From positions 1,364,001 through 1,428,000 of the forward strand of contig OX442314.1 of the NCBI GenBank assembly GCA_949358305.1: DNA of 64,000 nt. The letters run 5' to 3'. The first letter of the stretch is position 1. The number at the start of each line of letters is the position of its first letter. The position numbers and the translations under genes were made by a program. This DNA is from Strigamia acuminata (Eukaryota). The notes beneath the pieces are model-generated. The model was not told the origin of the DNA. It searched no databases and saw only the letters and a program-made list of their open reading frames with translations. Positions 60,758 to 64,000 of the stretch are shown piece after piece.

Positions 60758-63720
60758 GTTCAACGCCAAACGGCCCTTATCAATTTGTGCGAATGCCGTT
60801 CGGCCTTTGCAATGCGCCTTGTACTTTCCAGCGTCTGATGGAAGGCATTTTAGGCTCAGCTTTACAAGACTACGCGTTAGTTTATTTGGATGACGTAATT
60901 GTATATTCAGATAATTGGGATGATCATCTCAAACATGTTCGAGATGTTTTGGAAAGGCTTAACCAAGCCAACATGACAATAAATAAAGCGAAATCTCGTT
61001 TTGGGCGTACAGAATTAAAATTCTTGGGCCACTGGATTAAACCCGAAGGTCTCTTCGGTGATCCCGATAAAATATCGGCGATCATGAAATTTCCCACCCC
61101 CACGTGTGCTAAAGACATTCAGCGCTTTCACGGCATGACTAACTTCTTCAGGAAGTTTGTTCCAAATCACGGAACTATTGCCGCACCATACACACGTATG
61201 ATGAATGAGAAAACTCCATTAGAATGGGGAGATGAGCAGACAGAAGCTTTTAATAAAATTAAAGAGCTACTTTGTGGTGACAACTGTCTACACAAACCAG
61301 ATATGACTTTGCCATTTGTTGTCATGACTGACGCTTCTCATGAAGGCTTAGGAGCTGTCCTTTGCCAAGACGTCGATATATTCGATGAAAAGAAGCAGAA
61401 AAACATTTCTGTACCCAGACCTGTAGCTTATGCAAGCAGAGTTTTACGTGGAGCAGAGAAGCGTTATACAACGCCGGAACTCGAATGTCTCGCAGTCGTG
61501 TGGGCTATTGATCGATTTAAACCATATCTCGAATATGGTACGTTCACTTTAGAGTCAGATGCAGAAGCACTGAAATGGTTGATGCGAACGCCTGAACCAT
61601 CTGGGAAATTTGGCCGATGGGCCTTAAGAATCCAATGTGGAAATTTTAAAATTGTTTTTTGAAAAGGTGCTGCTAACCAAGTTGCAGATGCACTTTCTAG
61701 AGCCCCACTAACAGAGGAAGACATTCCTCTTCGTGATCATGTGGAACCTGTCGAAATTAAACAATATTGGCCTGAGTGGGACGGAAATCCTTCTGTTTCA
61801 TTAAATCGTGCCCCAGAAAAACGAGAATATTTGGCTAGTGCGCGTTCCTATTTTTCAGAAAATTCTAAAGAATGTTCTGAAGAAAAGGAGGGGGAGGAAG
61901 TACAAGAAACCTTGTACAGTGCGTTGACTGAAGTACTTAAAGAAGTCCCTCCTACAAGGAGAGAAATAATAGATGCTCAGTTACTAGATACTGAATGCAA
62001 ACGCATTCGGGAATATTTATTGAATGACAAGGTTGTTGGGATACCACAATCTGAAATAAAAGAATGGAAAAACAAAGTCAAGAACTATTGTTTGGACAAA
62101 AAAGAAGTTGATGGTGATCAAATGATCATCTATTTTAACCCTTCGTTCGAAGAGGAATTAAACGATTCGGGAAACGGCTTTAAAGCCGTTGTACCCAGTT
62201 CACTCGTAAAACGAGTACTCTTCGCTTGTCATGGCCACCCCCTAAGCGGTCACGCTGGGATGAGTAAGACGCTTGAAAAAACGCGTTTAATATATTTCTG
62301 GCCTGGTATGAGTAGAAGTGTCAGGAACTACGTCAAAAGCTGCACGCACTGTGCTCAGTACAAGCCTATTCAACAGAAAAGGCACGCAGCTCCTTACACA
62401 CCACACAACATGACCAATCCTTGGGAATGTATTAACATGGACTTGATGGGCCCGAAACCCGCGGGAAGGTCCCAAAACCAGTATATTTTTGTCATTATTG
62501 ACAATTGTACCAAGTTCGTTGAAATAAAGGCTTTGACCAAAGCCACGAGCGCTAACTGCGTTCAAGAATTAAGATCTGTTACAAACAGATGGGGACACCC
62601 CAAAAAGATTGTGAGCGATAACGGAAAACAATTTGTTTCCGATATTTACAATGAGTATTGCGAAATGTACAACATTCGCCCGTCCCATACAAGCACGTAT
62701 CATGCCCGGGCGAACCCGACAGAGCGAGCCAATAGAGATATAAAGACGATGCTGGCTTTGTACACAGATGTGCACACGCAATGGCCACGATATTTAGACG
62801 AATTCGCGTTCGCGATGAGAAATAATGTCTCAGCGGCAACGGGCTCAAGCCCGATGCTACTTAACACGGGGAGAATCGTAACATTACCCTTCGACCCAAG
62901 GATTATCAAACATGCCAATCCATTTGACAAAGAAAATCCAGAGAAATATGTCAGAGTACTATTGGATGTATTGCGCAGATCGCATCAAGAGATGCATCGC
63001 AGAATTCAATTGAATTTTGAACGGCATAGAAAAATACACGAACAAAAGTTCGTAATTACGGAGTTCGAAGTTGGAGATTTAGTTTGGAAACAAACTCACA
63101 TTCTCTCGTGCGCAGATAAAAATATTTCTGCTGGTTTCGCGGAGAAGAGAGATGGTCCGTGGGAAATTACTAAAGTACTTCCAGGCGGAGCGTATAAATT
63201 ACGCAAATTATCTGATGGTTCGATTGAAAAATCAGTAAATATTAAAGCGTTGTATCCCTATACTCCGTCGTACCCGATTGAGACTTGGAAAATAGGACAA
63301 AAGTCCGCCTCTTACTCGCCTCAAGAAAATCCTAAATGGATGGACGAAAGTAATCAACTTCCGGATGCTGAAGAAATGGAATTAATTCCTGAAACTTCTT
63401 CAGAAATTCCAATGGAATTATCCGACTCAACTTCGGTGCAAATTGACAAATCTGCGCCCATTAAGTCTAAACATAGACATAGACAACGATTAACTGCTAT
63501 AGAAAAGAAAGCGGCGTTGAAAAGAGGTGAAACTCCAAAGAAACCACCTCGAAAACCCCGCAAACCCCAACCGGTAGTTCCACGAACTAGCACTCGTCCA
63601 CGACGAGAACGAAAACCAAATCCTAAATATGCAGATGAAAATTTCGTGCGAAACATCACTGCAGTATTTAAAAAACCATACCAACAACGAGGAAAAGCCT
63701 CAAAGTTCTGTTGGAATTGA
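60758..63720 (+). pseudogene. pol: Gypsy B Pol remnant (C-terminal RT, RNase H, integrase) with one in-frame stop at 61660-61662
   Basis: MPFGLCNAP, YLDDV, TDASHEG, ELECLAV, VF*KGAANQVADALSR; integrase HGHPLSGH...CTHC, MDLMGP, SDNGKQF, TERANR and GPWEI. Confidence 0.92.
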
Positions 63721-64000
63721 TAAAGTTTTATCCAAAACTTGAAGACTGTAATTATTCACATGTCTGACAGGTGTAGTGATTTATAATCTCAACACCGGGG
63801 GACAAGATATTACGATATTTATGGAAATTTATATTAAAAATATGAATTTGTTGCGATGAATTAAATATTCGGTAGAATATTTTAATTTTTTGGTCGTATT
63901 TACATGTATTTTAACCAAAATACAGAGAATTACTTTGAAAAGTGATAATCTCGCGTAATTACGAAGGTACGAGACTTACGAGGTGTGATTAAACCTCGAA

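Larger units (their letters stand above)
57507..64000 (+). mobile_element. Ty3/Gypsy LTR retrotransposon B, internally deleted, running off the window
   Basis: Probable LTR ~57507-59051 (start uncertain; ends CGTCACA), PBS, gag stub, then RT-RNase H-integrase. Confidence 0.85.

Noticed and set aside
61660..61662. Programmed readthrough stop between RNase H and integrase
   Set aside because: It falls inside a conserved motif (VF*KG..N..ADALSR) of an already deleted element and is best explained as a CGA-to-TGA mutation.

Overview
Repeat-rich eukaryotic genomic DNA, most likely from an invertebrate animal (short GT-AG introns, metazoan DEG/ENaC genes, LTR and TIR transposons). 1-15886 is a GC/CpG-rich, palindrome-built complex satellite with an 832-bp higher-order repeat and a large inverted architecture, followed by a 200-N gap. 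The rest holds two paralogous DEG/ENaC (ASIC/pickpocket-like) genes heavily invaded by transposons: a Ty3/Gypsy provirus and a related solo LTR, two near-identical Gag-protease-only Copia copies, an intact FLYWCH-MULE-RING element, a decayed SWIM-MULE, many MITEs and a second, deleted Gypsy element. Main findings: (1) the better-preserved DEG/ENaC gene encodes two channel subunits fused head to tail, with TM2 of repeat 1 and TM1 of repeat 2 in one stop-free exon. (2) The two inverted Copia copies have swapped target-site duplications and swapped LTR alleles, indicating an inversion of about 22 kb that splits exon 1 of that gene. (3) A Gypsy LTR family carries a sense ORF with apparent synonymous bias. 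(4) The second Gypsy LTR carries a duplicated RNA structure with compensatory changes. All calls were made by eye, without database searches.
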